From a virus (lineage: Duplodnaviria; Caudoviricetes): a stretch of 42,995 nucleotides of DNA. The notes under the pieces are model-generated. The model was not told the origin of the DNA and did not search any database. It was given only the letters and a program-made list of their open reading frames with translations. The position numbers and the translations under genes were made by a program. The stretch covers positions 1 through 42,995 of the IMG/VR virus record IMGVR_UViG_3300049458_000001. The stretch is one strand, 5' to 3'. This document shows positions 7,016 to 16,763 of this stretch, in pieces. Position 1 is the stretch's first letter; each line of letters starts with the position of its first letter.

Positions 7016-9007
7016 ATGGAAACTCTCCCGGCCACGATCCCGCAGCGCTCGCCTGCGATCGATCAAGGCAAGGATAATGATTACTACGACCTGACGCGCC
7101 TGCGTAGGCAATATCAGGACTTCGCTGCGGCGAAGGATGCTGAAGCCCGCGAGATGGTTGAGGCTCGCCACTATTACCACGGCGATCAGTGGACAGCTGG
7201 AGAACTGAGCAAGCTTCGTGCTCGCAAACAGCCGGTTACGACCGAGAACCAGATCGTCAAGAAGGTCAACGGCGTTGTTGGCCTCCTGGAACGGTTGAGG
7301 CAAGATCCGAAGGCTTATCCGCGCACCCCACAGCATGATGAGGGCGCCGAACTCGCAACCGCCACGCTGCGCTATGTGCTCGACAGCAACGACTGGAAAT
7401 CGAAGTCATCCCGCATTGCCGCAAATGCCGCGATCGATGGCATTGCCGGCGTTGAGTATGATCTTGTTCCGGGTGATGAGGGCGATCCGACGCTCGACAT
7501 GCACATCGTCTATGGCGACGGGTTCTTCTATGATCCGCGGTCCTATGACGAGGGTTTCACGGACTGCCGGTATCTCGGCGTTGCCAAATGGGTTGACGCT
7601 GAGCAGGCCAAGGAGATCGCGCCTGAAAAGTCTTCTGAGATTGATGACCTCCTGGAAACCGGAACTGACCTGATCACGGTCAACGAGTTCGACAAGGAAA
7701 AGAACTGGGTCAACTCAAACGAAAAGAAGCTCCGTCTTGTCGATCACTGGTATATCAAAGGCGGGAAATGGCGCTGGTGCCTGTACGTCGGCAACGTGAC
7801 GCTGATGCAGGGTGTGTCTCCGTTCATTGACGAGAAGGGCAAGACGTTCCCGCGTTACCGGATGTTTTCTGCCTCGGTTGATCATGATGGCGATCGTTAT
7901 GGTTTCAACCGGAACCTGAAGAGCCCGCAGGACCAGCTCAACCACTTCAATTCGAAGAAGTCGCATATCGCCAATACGCGGCGCATTATCTCCGAAAAGG
8001 GCGCGGTTGACGATATCGAGGTAGCGCGTCGTGAATGGGCGCGGCCTGATGGCTGGGTTGAGAAGAATCCAGGCCTCGAGATCACGCCAGACCAGACCAC
8101 GCTCAACGATTTCAAGGGCCTTGCCGAGCTTGCCACGGAATCGCGGACGTATCTGGAGAACTTTGGGCCTAACCCGTCTTTGATCGGGCAGGGGCTCGAG
8201 GATTCGAGCGGACGAGCGATCCAGTTGCTTCAGCAGGCGGCGATTGCAGAGCTTGGGCCGTTCCTTGGCGCTCACAAGAACTGGAAGATCCGCGTTTATC
8301 GCGACATCTGGAACATCATTCAGCGCTATTGGACCTCGGAGCGCTGGATTCGCGTGACTGACGACCAGAACGTTGCCCAGTTCTTCCAGATCAACAAGCT
8401 ACAAGTTGATCAGTGGGGCCGGCCGGCGATTGTGAATGCAATCGGCTCGCTCGATGTGGACATCATCATCGATGAGGGCCCGGATACGGTCAACATGCAG
8501 GCCGACAACATGATGGTCTTGCAGACCTTGGGCCCGCAGTTTGCTCAGAACTTCCCGGAAGTCGCCATCGAGCTTTCGCCGCTGTCCAATTCTATCAAAA
8601 AGCCGATCATGGACAAGATCAAGGCGAAGCAGAGCCAGCCGCCTCCAGTTGATCCGAAGATTGCGGCTCAGGGTCAACTCAAACAGTTGGAATTGCAGGC
8701 TGACGGGCAGAAGACAGCCGCTGATAACAGCCTGGAATGGCGCAAGGCTATATTGCAGTCGCTCACACAGATTGAAGTGGCACGGATCGGCGGCAAGGTC
8801 GACTCGGACAGCTCTGTTGTTGCCGCCAAGCTCGAGGCCATCCTTGGCTTTGCTGGCATGCATCACGAAGCCACACAGAATGCCCAGGATAGGGCGCATG
8901 AGGCCGTCCAGAACGACGCCGAGCGCAGCCACGCACAGGCTTTAGCTGCGAGCCAGCAGGCCGCTGACGCCTCACAAGCGGCTCAGCAACCGCAACCAGC
9001 ACAATAG
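7016..9007 (+). CDS. Portal protein (P22-like)
   Basis: 663 aa after TerL; YYHGDQW motif; Q/A-rich coiled-coil C-terminal barrel. Confidence 0.9.
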   Translation: METLPATIPQRSPAIDQGKDNDYYDLTRLRRQYQDFAAAKDAEAREMVEARHYYHGDQWTAGELSKLRARKQPVTTENQIVKKVNGVVGLLERLRQDPKAYPRTPQHDEGAELATATLRYVLDSNDWKSKSSRIAANAAIDGIAGVEYDLVPGDEGDPTLDMHIVYGDGFFYDPRSYDEGFTDCRYLGVAKWVDAEQAKEIAPEKSSEIDDLLETGTDLITVNEFDKEKNWVNSNEKKLRLVDHWYIKGGKWRWCLYVGNVTLMQGVSPFIDEKGKTFPRYRMFSASVDHDGDRYGFNRNLKSPQDQLNHFNSKKSHIANTRRIISEKGAVDDIEVARREWARPDGWVEKNPGLEITPDQTTLNDFKGLAELATESRTYLENFGPNPSLIGQGLEDSSGRAIQLLQQAAIAELGPFLGAHKNWKIRVYRDIWNIIQRYWTSERWIRVTDDQNVAQFFQINKLQVDQWGRPAIVNAIGSLDVDIIIDEGPDTVNMQADNMMVLQTLGPQFAQNFPEVAIELSPLSNSIKKPIMDKIKAKQSQPPPVDPKIAAQGQLKQLELQADGQKTAADNSLEWRKAILQSLTQIEVARIGGKVDSDSSVVAAKLEAILGFAGMHHEATQNAQDRAHEAVQNDAERSHAQALAASQQAADASQAAQQPQPAQ

Positions 9008-9019
9008 GGACTCGGCACA

Positions 9020-9316
9020 ATGAGCAAGGTCTACGTCACCGAATATTCCGCTATGCCAAGCCTTGGAGGTGGTGCGCAGCCGCAGATAGCTCCTGAGCCG
9101 CCTTTGGCCTCCCAGGTCATTGACTTCACGGCTGGCGTTGCCAGCATCACTCTTGGAGCGCAGACGCGGTATGTGCGCCTGCAAAACGATGCAATCTGCT
9201 CCATGAGTTTCACGGGAACGAACGCAACTACCAGCGATGCGCGATCTCCCGCCGAGAATGTCGAATACAAGGGCGTCCAGCCCGGCAGCAAGATTTCTGC
9301 AATCACAAATACCTAA
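9020..9316 (+). CDS. Small beta-rich virion protein, candidate head-spike base
   Basis: 98 aa with beta-strand pattern (TRYVRL...CSMSF...VEYKGV), within the head module. Confidence 0.5.
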   Translation: MSKVYVTEYSAMPSLGGGAQPQIAPEPPLASQVIDFTAGVASITLGAQTRYVRLQNDAICSMSFTGTNATTSDARSPAENVEYKGVQPGSKISAITNT

Positions 9317-9532
9317 GTGCTCCAACTCAATGAAATGATCTCGGTCGAAACCCCATTGGGTCACGGCTACGCGATCATATTCGAGTCTGGAGAGCATGAC
9401 AACCATTGGACGGTCGTGCTGGATAACGGCGCGCTCGTCACGTTTACACAGGACCGCATCAAGGTCTCCCGCGACTATACGCACAGGCGCGGGATATCGG
9501 ATGCGCAGATGCAAGAGATCGTTGGTTCCTGA
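9317..9532 (+). CDS. Hypothetical protein
   Basis: Directly abuts the upstream stop; VETPLGHGYA motif. Confidence 0.65.
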   Translation: MLQLNEMISVETPLGHGYAIIFESGEHDNHWTVVLDNGALVTFTQDRIKVSRDYTHRRGISDAQMQEIVGS

Positions 9533-9612
9533 CGATATAGGAACAAGTACTACCCGCACGCCCAAGCGACAGAGGGCATACGTGATCGCACGAAACGCGA
9601 GAGGACGAAACC

Positions 9613-10428
9613 ATGACTGTTGAACCCGAGGAACTGAACGAGGACGCTCTTTTCGAACAGGCTGTTGACGAAGCGCCGGCAGAAATTCCGGTAGCAGAAC
9701 CTGCGGCTGAACCCGAGCCCAAGACTGAACCTGAAGCAACGTTGACTGCCGAGCCGCCGGCTGAAAAGCCAGTGGTCGATGACAACGCTCCTTTGGTGCC
9801 GTCGTGGCGTCTCCGGGAGATCAACGAAGAGAAGCGACGCTTTGCTGAAGAGAACGACCGCATGAAGGCCGAACTGGCCCAATTGCGTCAGGCTCAGCCG
9901 CGCCAGCAGGAACAGCCGAAGGCCGAAAAGGCCGCTCGTCCTGATCCTCTCCTCGATCCAGACGGCTACGCTGCGGCAATCCGCCAGGAACTCAGAGATG
10001 AGGCCCTGAATGATCGCCGTGAGGAAAGCCTTCATCGTGCTGCCGAAGCCAATCCAGCAGAGTTTAAGGAAGCCTATGCCGCTGCGCAACAGGCTGTAGA
10101 CCCGGCTCTCCGAGCTCGGATGCAGTCTTCGCGCGACCCCGGCAAAACGCTCCTCGAATGGCACCGCGAGAACAAGGTCAAGGCTGAAGTTGGCACTGAC
10201 CCGAACGCGTGGCTCGAGAAGAAGCTGGAAGAGCGCCTGAAAGACCCGGCCTTCCTCGCGAAGGCGGTCGAACTGGCGCGCGGATCGGCTCAACCTCAAC
10301 AGACCAACGGTCGTCCCCGAGTTGAACTGCCCCCCTCGCTGAACGGTGCAAGCCGTTCAAACGCAGCGCTGAAATCGGCCAACGACGACGCTGACGACAG
10401 TGCTCTCTTCGACCAAATCACCGGCTGA
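9613..10428 (+). CDS. Capsid scaffolding protein
   Basis: Acidic Pro-rich N-terminus, VP..RL.E motif, coiled coil; between portal and capsid genes. Confidence 0.85.
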   Translation: MTVEPEELNEDALFEQAVDEAPAEIPVAEPAAEPEPKTEPEATLTAEPPAEKPVVDDNAPLVPSWRLREINEEKRRFAEENDRMKAELAQLRQAQPRQQEQPKAEKAARPDPLLDPDGYAAAIRQELRDEALNDRREESLHRAAEANPAEFKEAYAAAQQAVDPALRARMQSSRDPGKTLLEWHRENKVKAEVGTDPNAWLEKKLEERLKDPAFLAKAVELARGSAQPQQTNGRPRVELPPSLNGASRSNAALKSANDDADDSALFDQITG

Positions 10429-10452
10429 TCTAACCAACATCCCGACGAAAGC

Positions 10453-10475
10453 ACCCGCCTCACGGCGGGTTTTTT
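10453..10475 (+). terminator. Intrinsic terminator between scaffold and capsid genes
   Basis: ACCCGCC-TCAC-GGCGGGT followed by a T-run. Confidence 0.75.
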
Positions 10476-10521
10476 ATTGGGCTGAGGGCAGTGAGGCCAT
10501 CAACATACAGGAGTCGGCCAG

Positions 10522-11712
10522 ATGGCCCTTACTGCCAATCATGTTAACAATGAAGTCATCAAATTCCGCAAAACGGCGGCAATCGACTTCCTCCGCAAAT
10601 CCCGCTTCGACCCCTTCATGGGGCCGGATTCGACCTCCGTCATCGTCCGTCTGAAGGATCTGGTTGGCGACGGCAAGGAAATCAACATTCCGCTCGTCAC
10701 CCAGCTTTCCGGTGCTGGTGTCGGTGCCGGCGTCCTGCGCGGCAATGAAGAGCAGATCGACAGCTACGGCTTTCCGGTCTGGGCCGACTGGGCTCGTAAT
10801 GCGGTCGCGAACAACCGTGCGGTTAACAAGGAATCGTCCTTCTCGATCCGCTCGACGGCTCGTTCACTGCTTTCGGGCTGGTCCCGCCGTATCGTTCGTG
10901 ACGATATCGTCGATGCGCTGCTGTCGATCCCGACCGCTTCGGTGCAGGCCAACCGGCTCACGTCGCCGGGCAACCGCGTTAATGGCGTGAAATGGTCGGC
11001 TGCCACGACTGCCCAGAAGAATACCTGGGTGACTGCCAACGCTGACCGCGTCGTGTTTGGCTCCGTCATTGCGAACTACTCGACCACGTTCGCAACTGCG
11101 GTCGCCAACGTCGATTCGACAAACGACAAGATGACGGCGGCTGTTGGCTCGCTCATGAAGAACGTGGCGCAGCAGACCGGCGTTTCGTCCTCCAATCCCG
11201 GCGTCTACAACGGCCTGCCCAAGATCACGCCCTTCCAGCAGAAGGAAACGGATCAGGAATGGTATGTCTGCTTCCTCGGCTCGCGCGCAATGCGCGATCT
11301 GAAGGCCGACCCCACCATGTACCAGGCCAACCGCGACGCGCGCGAGCGTGAAGGCTCCGATCCGACGAAGAATAACCCGATCTTCACCGGTGGCGGTCTG
11401 ATCTACGACGGTGTGATCTATCTGGAAATCCCGGAAATCACCCAGCGCCTGCTTCTGTCCGGCGTCGGTGCGGCGGGTATCGCCGTTGAGCCCGTGTTCC
11501 TGTGCGGGCAGGGCGCTCTCGCCTACGCGCTCGGCCAGATGCCGCGCCCGACCCAGCTCGAGGATGGGGACTATGACTTCATCACCGGCATGGGCATCGA
11601 AGCCCAGTACGGTGTTGGCAAGGTTGCCAAGATCTCGATGGGTGACTCCAGCAACTCGCTCGTTGACTGGGGCATGGTCACCGGCTTCGTCTCCGGCGTC
11701 GCGAACGCCTAA
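10522..11712 (+). CDS. Major capsid protein (DUF4043/N4-gp56-like, HK97 fold)
   Basis: 396 aa after the scaffold; GV.AGVLRGNEE motif, FLCGQGAL, D.G at the C-terminus; strong RBS. Confidence 0.88.
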   Translation: MALTANHVNNEVIKFRKTAAIDFLRKSRFDPFMGPDSTSVIVRLKDLVGDGKEINIPLVTQLSGAGVGAGVLRGNEEQIDSYGFPVWADWARNAVANNRAVNKESSFSIRSTARSLLSGWSRRIVRDDIVDALLSIPTASVQANRLTSPGNRVNGVKWSAATTAQKNTWVTANADRVVFGSVIANYSTTFATAVANVDSTNDKMTAAVGSLMKNVAQQTGVSSSNPGVYNGLPKITPFQQKETDQEWYVCFLGSRAMRDLKADPTMYQANRDAREREGSDPTKNNPIFTGGGLIYDGVIYLEIPEITQRLLLSGVGAAGIAVEPVFLCGQGALAYALGQMPRPTQLEDGDYDFITGMGIEAQYGVGKVAKISMGDSSNSLVDWGMVTGFVSGVANA

Positions 11713-11736
11713 CCCCTGATCTGAAAGGAAAACCAA

Positions 11737-12153
11737 ATGTCTTATCGTAAGGATTGGGGTCAGCCTCAGCCGGGCCCGACTGGAACGGCAAATCACAGCA
11801 TGCATATCGGCCGCGTCGTCACATTGAATGCCACGGATCTGGTCACGGGAAACACGGTGGGCGCCTTCAAGGTGCCTGCCGGTTTTTGCGTCACCGGCAT
11901 CATCGCGGTCCCGACCGACATGGACTCTGGTGCTGCTCTTACTCTCAGCGTCGGTGACGCTGCGAGCGGTACGCGTTACCTGAACGCTTCCACCATGGGC
12001 CAGGCTGCCACCACTGTCACGACGCTGGCGGCGACCGGGCTCCTGTTCCTCAACACCGTCGATACGGAAATCCTGGTGACCTGTACCTTGCAGGGCTCCT
12101 CGTCCGTGGCCGGCACTCTCGCCCTCTATCTTTCGGGCTTCATCGCTCAGTAA
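11737..12153 (+). CDS. Putative capsid decoration/cement protein
   Basis: Small beta-rich protein directly after the capsid gene; AAGGA RBS. Confidence 0.6.
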   Translation: MSYRKDWGQPQPGPTGTANHSMHIGRVVTLNATDLVTGNTVGAFKVPAGFCVTGIIAVPTDMDSGAALTLSVGDAASGTRYLNASTMGQAATTVTTLAATGLLFLNTVDTEILVTCTLQGSSSVAGTLALYLSGFIAQ

Positions 12154-12165
12154 GGAGACATTTCA

Positions 12166-12474
12166 ATGCGCAAAGCAACTGCAACCTATGTCGCCCCTCC
12201 GGGTGATAGCAAAGTGGTTGAGATGGGTGGTGTGACCTTCTTCGATGGTCAGGCTGTCGATCTCAATACCGACGACCATGCCCACCTGATCGACAAGCTG
12301 CCTGGCAACAAGCACTTTGACATCGAGGTCGGCGAGGAGATCGAGCGGCCGAAGCGTGGCCGTCCGAGTAATGCCGACAAGGCTGCTGAAGCCGCCAAGG
12401 AAAAGGCTGAAGCCGCTGAGAAGGCTGAGAAGGCTGAGAAGGACAAGGCTGCGGCTGAGAAGGCTGCGACCTGA
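12166..12474 (+). CDS. Hypothetical head-module protein with AEK low-complexity tail
   Basis: AAGGAG RBS; KRGRP motif and repeated GCTGAGAAG. Confidence 0.7.
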   Translation: MRKATATYVAPPGDSKVVEMGGVTFFDGQAVDLNTDDHAHLIDKLPGNKHFDIEVGEEIERPKRGRPSNADKAAEAAKEKAEAAEKAEKAEKDKAAAEKAAT

Positions 12475-12812
12475 TGAGCAAAACTCGCGCCGATATCCAA
12501 AAGAAGGCCCTCGATATCCTCGTGGGCGGGGAGGTCGGCGCGAGCATGTCCGATGAGGATGCAACGGCGCTCGACGGCTATATTGACAGCATGGTCGCCG
12601 AGCTAGAGGCGGATGGTACCGTCTACATCGGCGATCCTGACGACCTTGACGATGCTTTGTTCATCCAGTTTTCAAAACTGGTCGCGAATGCAGCCGCGGA
12701 GGAGTTCGGCGGCAAGTCGGATGAAGCCGCGGCCAAGATCATGCGCAACCGGATCAAGACGATAACGGCGCAAAAGCCCGGTTTTGGCCCACAGATCGTG
12801 GACTATTTCTAG
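12474..12812 (+). CDS. Head-tail adaptor (P22 gp4-like)
   Basis: Size, helical character and position before the gp10-like gene. Confidence 0.6.
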   Translation: MSKTRADIQKKALDILVGGEVGASMSDEDATALDGYIDSMVAELEADGTVYIGDPDDLDDALFIQFSKLVANAAAEEFGGKSDEAAAKIMRNRIKTITAQKPGFGPQIVDYF

Positions 12813-14258
12813 GTGGCTCTCGTCCATATCCCGTTCCCGCTGTCCTCGACGCCTGGTGCATCATCGCAGGAAAGCGCTGGAAGGCTCATCAACTGTTATG
12901 CTGAGCCTTTGGGCAAGGATATCGGCGCTCAGAAGGGGTTTGCACCTCCTGCTGTTGTGTGGCGCAAGTGTCCAGGTCTTCCTCAGTTCTGCGCATCGAC
13001 GCAGACAGGCTTTCGTGGGGGATTGCTGGTCGGTAGTGCGCTATATACGGCATGGAGCGGAAAGGCAGCCACTTACACATCTGCCGGCGCTGAAACCGTC
13101 CTTACCGGAACACTTAACGGCACAGAGAAGGTATTCTGGGCTCGCAACAACAAGAGTCCGACGCCTGATGTGGTTTGCGTGGCTCCAGGAACTGGTGCGT
13201 TCTCGGTCTCATCGAGTGCGGTCATCTCGTTCGCTGATCCTGACATCGGGACGCCGAACAGTGTCGGGTTCATGGATGGATACTTCATCTTCACCTATGG
13301 CGATGGCACGATCCAGGCATCCGGCCTGAACGATGTCACGATCGCCACGACCGACAAGACAAAAGAGCAGGCAAAGACGGGAGGCTTGACGCGAGGCCTG
13401 CCCTTCAATGGGCAATACTACGTGTGGGGACCGAACTTCGGTGCGGTTTACTCGGATACAGCACAACCTACAGGCTTCCCGTTCACGCGCTCCTATGTGA
13501 TCCAGCGCGGCTTGCTGAGCCCATATGCGGTGGCTGGTCATGAGGATGGCTTTGGCTCCGCTCTGATCTGGGTCGCGGACGACAACAGCGTCGTGCAGCA
13601 CAATGGCACGCCGAACCCGCTGAAGATCTCGCCGCCTGATCTTGATCGCTTGATTGCCGCGGTGGCTGACAAGACCACGCTCGAGGCATCGGTCTACATC
13701 GCGCAGGGACATCCGAAGTGGGTGCTGTCCTGTGCTGCCTTCACTTGGGAATTCGACCTCGGAAGCCAGAAGTGGAACGAGAAGGCGAGTTATCAACAGG
13801 CCCGCTGGCGTGCGATCAGCGGCATCTCGGCTTTCGGTAAGTGGATCACAGGGGACACGCAAGGCAATCGCCTGATGTACGTCAGCGAACAGACCTGGGA
13901 TGAAAATGGCAACCCGCTTGCGTTCCAGATCGAAAGCGGTCCTGTTGTGAACTTCCCAAATCGAACGAAGGTTGCGCGAGCGGATTTCAACTTCGTGGTT
14001 GGAATAGGGCAGGCAACTGGTGCTGACCCGATAGCGACTGATCCGAGCGTTGGCATCTCTTGGACTGACGACGGTGGCGTTACCTGGAGCCAGGAGTTCA
14101 TACGCAAGCTTGGCCGACAGGCAACACCACAGCGCATCACAATGTTGCGGACGGGTATGACAGGTGCACAGGGACGACGTTGGCGGGTGAAGGTTACTGA
14201 TCCTGTCTACGTGGCGTTCATGGGCGCGACGCAAGACACGCAGCTACGAAATCACTGA
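12813..14258 (+). CDS. Tail hub / DNA stabilisation protein (P22 gp10-like)
   Basis: 481 aa beta-propeller-like; LINCYAE, FMDGYFIF and ISWTDDGG.TWS motifs. Confidence 0.85.
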   Translation: MALVHIPFPLSSTPGASSQESAGRLINCYAEPLGKDIGAQKGFAPPAVVWRKCPGLPQFCASTQTGFRGGLLVGSALYTAWSGKAATYTSAGAETVLTGTLNGTEKVFWARNNKSPTPDVVCVAPGTGAFSVSSSAVISFADPDIGTPNSVGFMDGYFIFTYGDGTIQASGLNDVTIATTDKTKEQAKTGGLTRGLPFNGQYYVWGPNFGAVYSDTAQPTGFPFTRSYVIQRGLLSPYAVAGHEDGFGSALIWVADDNSVVQHNGTPNPLKISPPDLDRLIAAVADKTTLEASVYIAQGHPKWVLSCAAFTWEFDLGSQKWNEKASYQQARWRAISGISAFGKWITGDTQGNRLMYVSEQTWDENGNPLAFQIESGPVVNFPNRTKVARADFNFVVGIGQATGADPIATDPSVGISWTDDGGVTWSQEFIRKLGRQATPQRITMLRTGMTGAQGRRWRVKVTDPVYVAFMGATQDTQLRNH

Positions 14259-14455
14259 TGGCAAAGCCGCTTCCAAATCTCGACGTGCCCGTGATTGATC
14301 TCAAGAGCGGGCTGATGACGCAGAGTTGGTACGAATACTTCCAGTCTCGCAAGGGGCTAGCAAACCTGCCTGACGTTTCGACTACGGCACCGACCAATGG
14401 TCAGGTGCTGATTTACAACTCGACAACGAAGCTTTGGACGCCGGGAGCCAATTGA
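14258..14455 (+). CDS. Small tail protein (needle/plug position)
   Basis: G.MT..WYEYF N-terminus; DV..TAPTNGQVLIYN..T..W repeat unit seen in fibre proteins. Confidence 0.6.
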   Translation: MAKPLPNLDVPVIDLKSGLMTQSWYEYFQSRKGLANLPDVSTTAPTNGQVLIYNSTTKLWTPGAN

Positions 14456-15177
14456 TGGGCCTGTTCGATCTGTTCTCGAATGACAGTGCTGAAAAAGCCG
14501 CAGCTGATGCCAATGCAGGCGCCACCGCAGGCTATAATCAGCTGTCTGACCTCTATGGCCAAGGCCGCAACGCACTCACGACAAACTACAACAATGCGAG
14601 CAGCCTCTATACGCCTCTCATTGCCTCGACTGGTGCGGGCGCAAAGGCCTACGGTGATGCAAGCGGGGCGAACGGAACGGCCGGCCTACAGTCGGCCATG
14701 GATACGTTCAAGAATTCAGGCCAGTACGGCAATTATGGTTTCACGCTAGGACAAGGCCTTCAGGCACTCGATCGTACTCACGCAGCTTCCGGCAACCTTG
14801 CATCGGGCAATGCTGACACGGATACGCTCAATTACGCTACTGGCCTCGCGAACAAGACATATGACAGCTACCTCTCAGGTTTGCAGCCATACCTTGGAGC
14901 TAACTCCAGCGCGGTTTCTGGTGCAGCCGGTGTGGATACCGGGCTCGGCAATGCACTAAACCAGTCCTATCAGGGGCAGGGCGGTGCCGCTAACACCACG
15001 CAGACCACGATCGGCAACAATAACGCGGGCGCTGATCTGAACAACTATAAGGTAGGCGCGAACATCTGGAATGGCATCTCAGGAGGCTTGAACTTCCTTT
15101 CTGGTGGCGCGGGTGGTCAGGGTGGCGCCGGTGGACTTGCTAAGAACGCAACCTCTCTCTTTTCGATGTTCGCCTGA
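14455..15177 (+). CDS. DNA ejection protein (P22 gp7-like)
   Basis: G/A/N/Q-rich; MGLFDLF N-terminus; synteny. Confidence 0.7.
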   Translation: MGLFDLFSNDSAEKAAADANAGATAGYNQLSDLYGQGRNALTTNYNNASSLYTPLIASTGAGAKAYGDASGANGTAGLQSAMDTFKNSGQYGNYGFTLGQGLQALDRTHAASGNLASGNADTDTLNYATGLANKTYDSYLSGLQPYLGANSSAVSGAAGVDTGLGNALNQSYQGQGGAANTTQTTIGNNNAGADLNNYKVGANIWNGISGGLNFLSGGAGGQGGAGGLAKNATSLFSMFA

Positions 15178-16763
15178 TGGCCGATATTGCACAACTGATC
15201 GCCGGCGCGGCGCAGACAAACGCAGATTTTGACCTTGGCAAGATCAACAAGAGCTATTGGGAAGGCCAGGATCAGTACGCCAAGAACCAGTTGCGCGACG
15301 CGTTCAAGGACGGTGTTCCGCTTGATGCGAATGGCCAGCCTGACTTCGGCGCAATGGCAAAGACGCTGTTTCAGAAAGGCGGCCTCGATCAAGGCGTAGC
15401 AGCTTCAAACCTAGATGTTCAGCGACAGCAACTTGCTGCGGGGCAGAGAGATAGGGCTTTATACGCCGGAGGGGGTCAGCCTCAGCCAGAGATCGTCTCG
15501 CCTCCATCCGTCAATCGCGGTGCTTCAACTCCAGTCGCGCCTGCGCTCGCACGAGGCGGTGCGCCTGCGGGTGGCGGCCAACCACAACAGCCAAGCGGTG
15601 GTGGGTCCGCTACTCTCGGCCAGATCCTTACGGCACAGGGAATTCCTAACGACCAGATCGGTGCGGCGAGTGCATCAATCGCGCGCCAGCTTGGGCTTAG
15701 TGATCCGAATGCGCAGATCAACACACAAGACCCTCAGATCCGTAATGTTCTTGTTCCCGCTATCCAGCAGATGAAGCGGGCCGGGATTGGTCAGGTCGTG
15801 CAGCAGCAGCCGCAGACAGCACAGGCCGCACCTCCGCAGGTACCGCAACCGGGTCAGGTCGTTCCTCAGCAGCCGCAAGCGCCCTCCACGGCACAAGTCG
15901 CGCCTGACTTTAATTCGCGATTTAGTGCCGCCCGGCCAGGGCAGGCAGACCCCGATCTCGCGAGATTACGGTATCTTTCAGGGAGCACCGACAAGGCGAC
16001 GGCAGAGGCCGCTAGGGCTGAATTGAAAATCAAACTTGAGGGACAGCAGCCTCCCAATGAGGTAAAACTGTATAATCAGGCCGTTAGCCAAGGCTTCAAG
16101 GGGACGTTTGAGGATTGGCAGAATCGCCAAGACGACAACACCACGCAGCGCGATATCCTGACCAAAAGCATTATCCCAAGGATCGATGCGTCGCAGGCAA
16201 CCGCAACTGCTGCGCGGGATGATATCGATTCCATCCATAGGGCGCGCAGCGAGCTCGATAAGCCTGGCGGCGTCATCAATGGGGCGTTCGCGGATAAGAG
16301 GCTGTTCCTCGCGAAAGCCGCTAACCTTCTGGGCGTTCCGAACGCTGACAAGATCAACAACACAGAGGCTTATGGCGCTGCCATAGGCCAACGTGTCGCG
16401 TCCATGGTCAAGGCGTTCGGTAGCGGAACGGCCATTTCGGATGGCGATCGGCGCTTCGCCTCGGCAATGGCTGGCGGAAATATCGAGCTTGACGAGAAGT
16501 CCATGCGTCGCATCCTTGACATCGGCGAGAAGGCCGCGCGGGGCAAGATCGATTACCACAACACGTTCGTTGATAAGGTCGTGAATGCCAACGAGGGGCT
16601 AAAGTCAGCGCGCGATACTTTCGTTGTGAAAGCTCCTGATGCTTACCAAAAGGCCGCATCTGATCCCTATGAAAAGGCAAGGGCCGCCATTGCGTCTGGA
16701 GCTCCTCGGGAGGCTGTTGCCCAGCGGTTGAAGCAATCCGGCTATGATCCGGGTAAGCTCTAA
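15177..16763 (+). CDS. Ejection (internal virion) protein
   Basis: Q/P-rich linker; GTAISDGDR motif typical of podophage ejection proteins; synteny. Confidence 0.7.
   Translation: MADIAQLIAGAAQTNADFDLGKINKSYWEGQDQYAKNQLRDAFKDGVPLDANGQPDFGAMAKTLFQKGGLDQGVAASNLDVQRQQLAAGQRDRALYAGGGQPQPEIVSPPSVNRGASTPVAPALARGGAPAGGGQPQQPSGGGSATLGQILTAQGIPNDQIGAASASIARQLGLSDPNAQINTQDPQIRNVLVPAIQQMKRAGIGQVVQQQPQTAQAAPPQVPQPGQVVPQQPQAPSTAQVAPDFNSRFSAARPGQADPDLARLRYLSGSTDKATAEAARAELKIKLEGQQPPNEVKLYNQAVSQGFKGTFEDWQNRQDDNTTQRDILTKSIIPRIDASQATATAARDDIDSIHRARSELDKPGGVINGAFADKRLFLAKAANLLGVPNADKINNTEAYGAAIGQRVASMVKAFGSGTAISDGDRRFASAMAGGNIELDEKSMRRILDIGEKAARGKIDYHNTFVDKVVNANEGLKSARDTFVVKAPDAYQKAASDPYEKARAAIASGAPREAVAQRLKQSGYDPGKL

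Noticed and set aside
10864-11805. Long minus-strand ORFs opposite structural genes (also 13209-14234, 8972-9739, 9550-10299)
   Set aside because: Antisense shadows of clearly identified genes, with no motifs or RBS.
12400-12470. GCTGAGAAG tandem repeats as a CRISPR or regulatory array
   Set aside because: In-frame AEK low-complexity coding repeat with no spacers.
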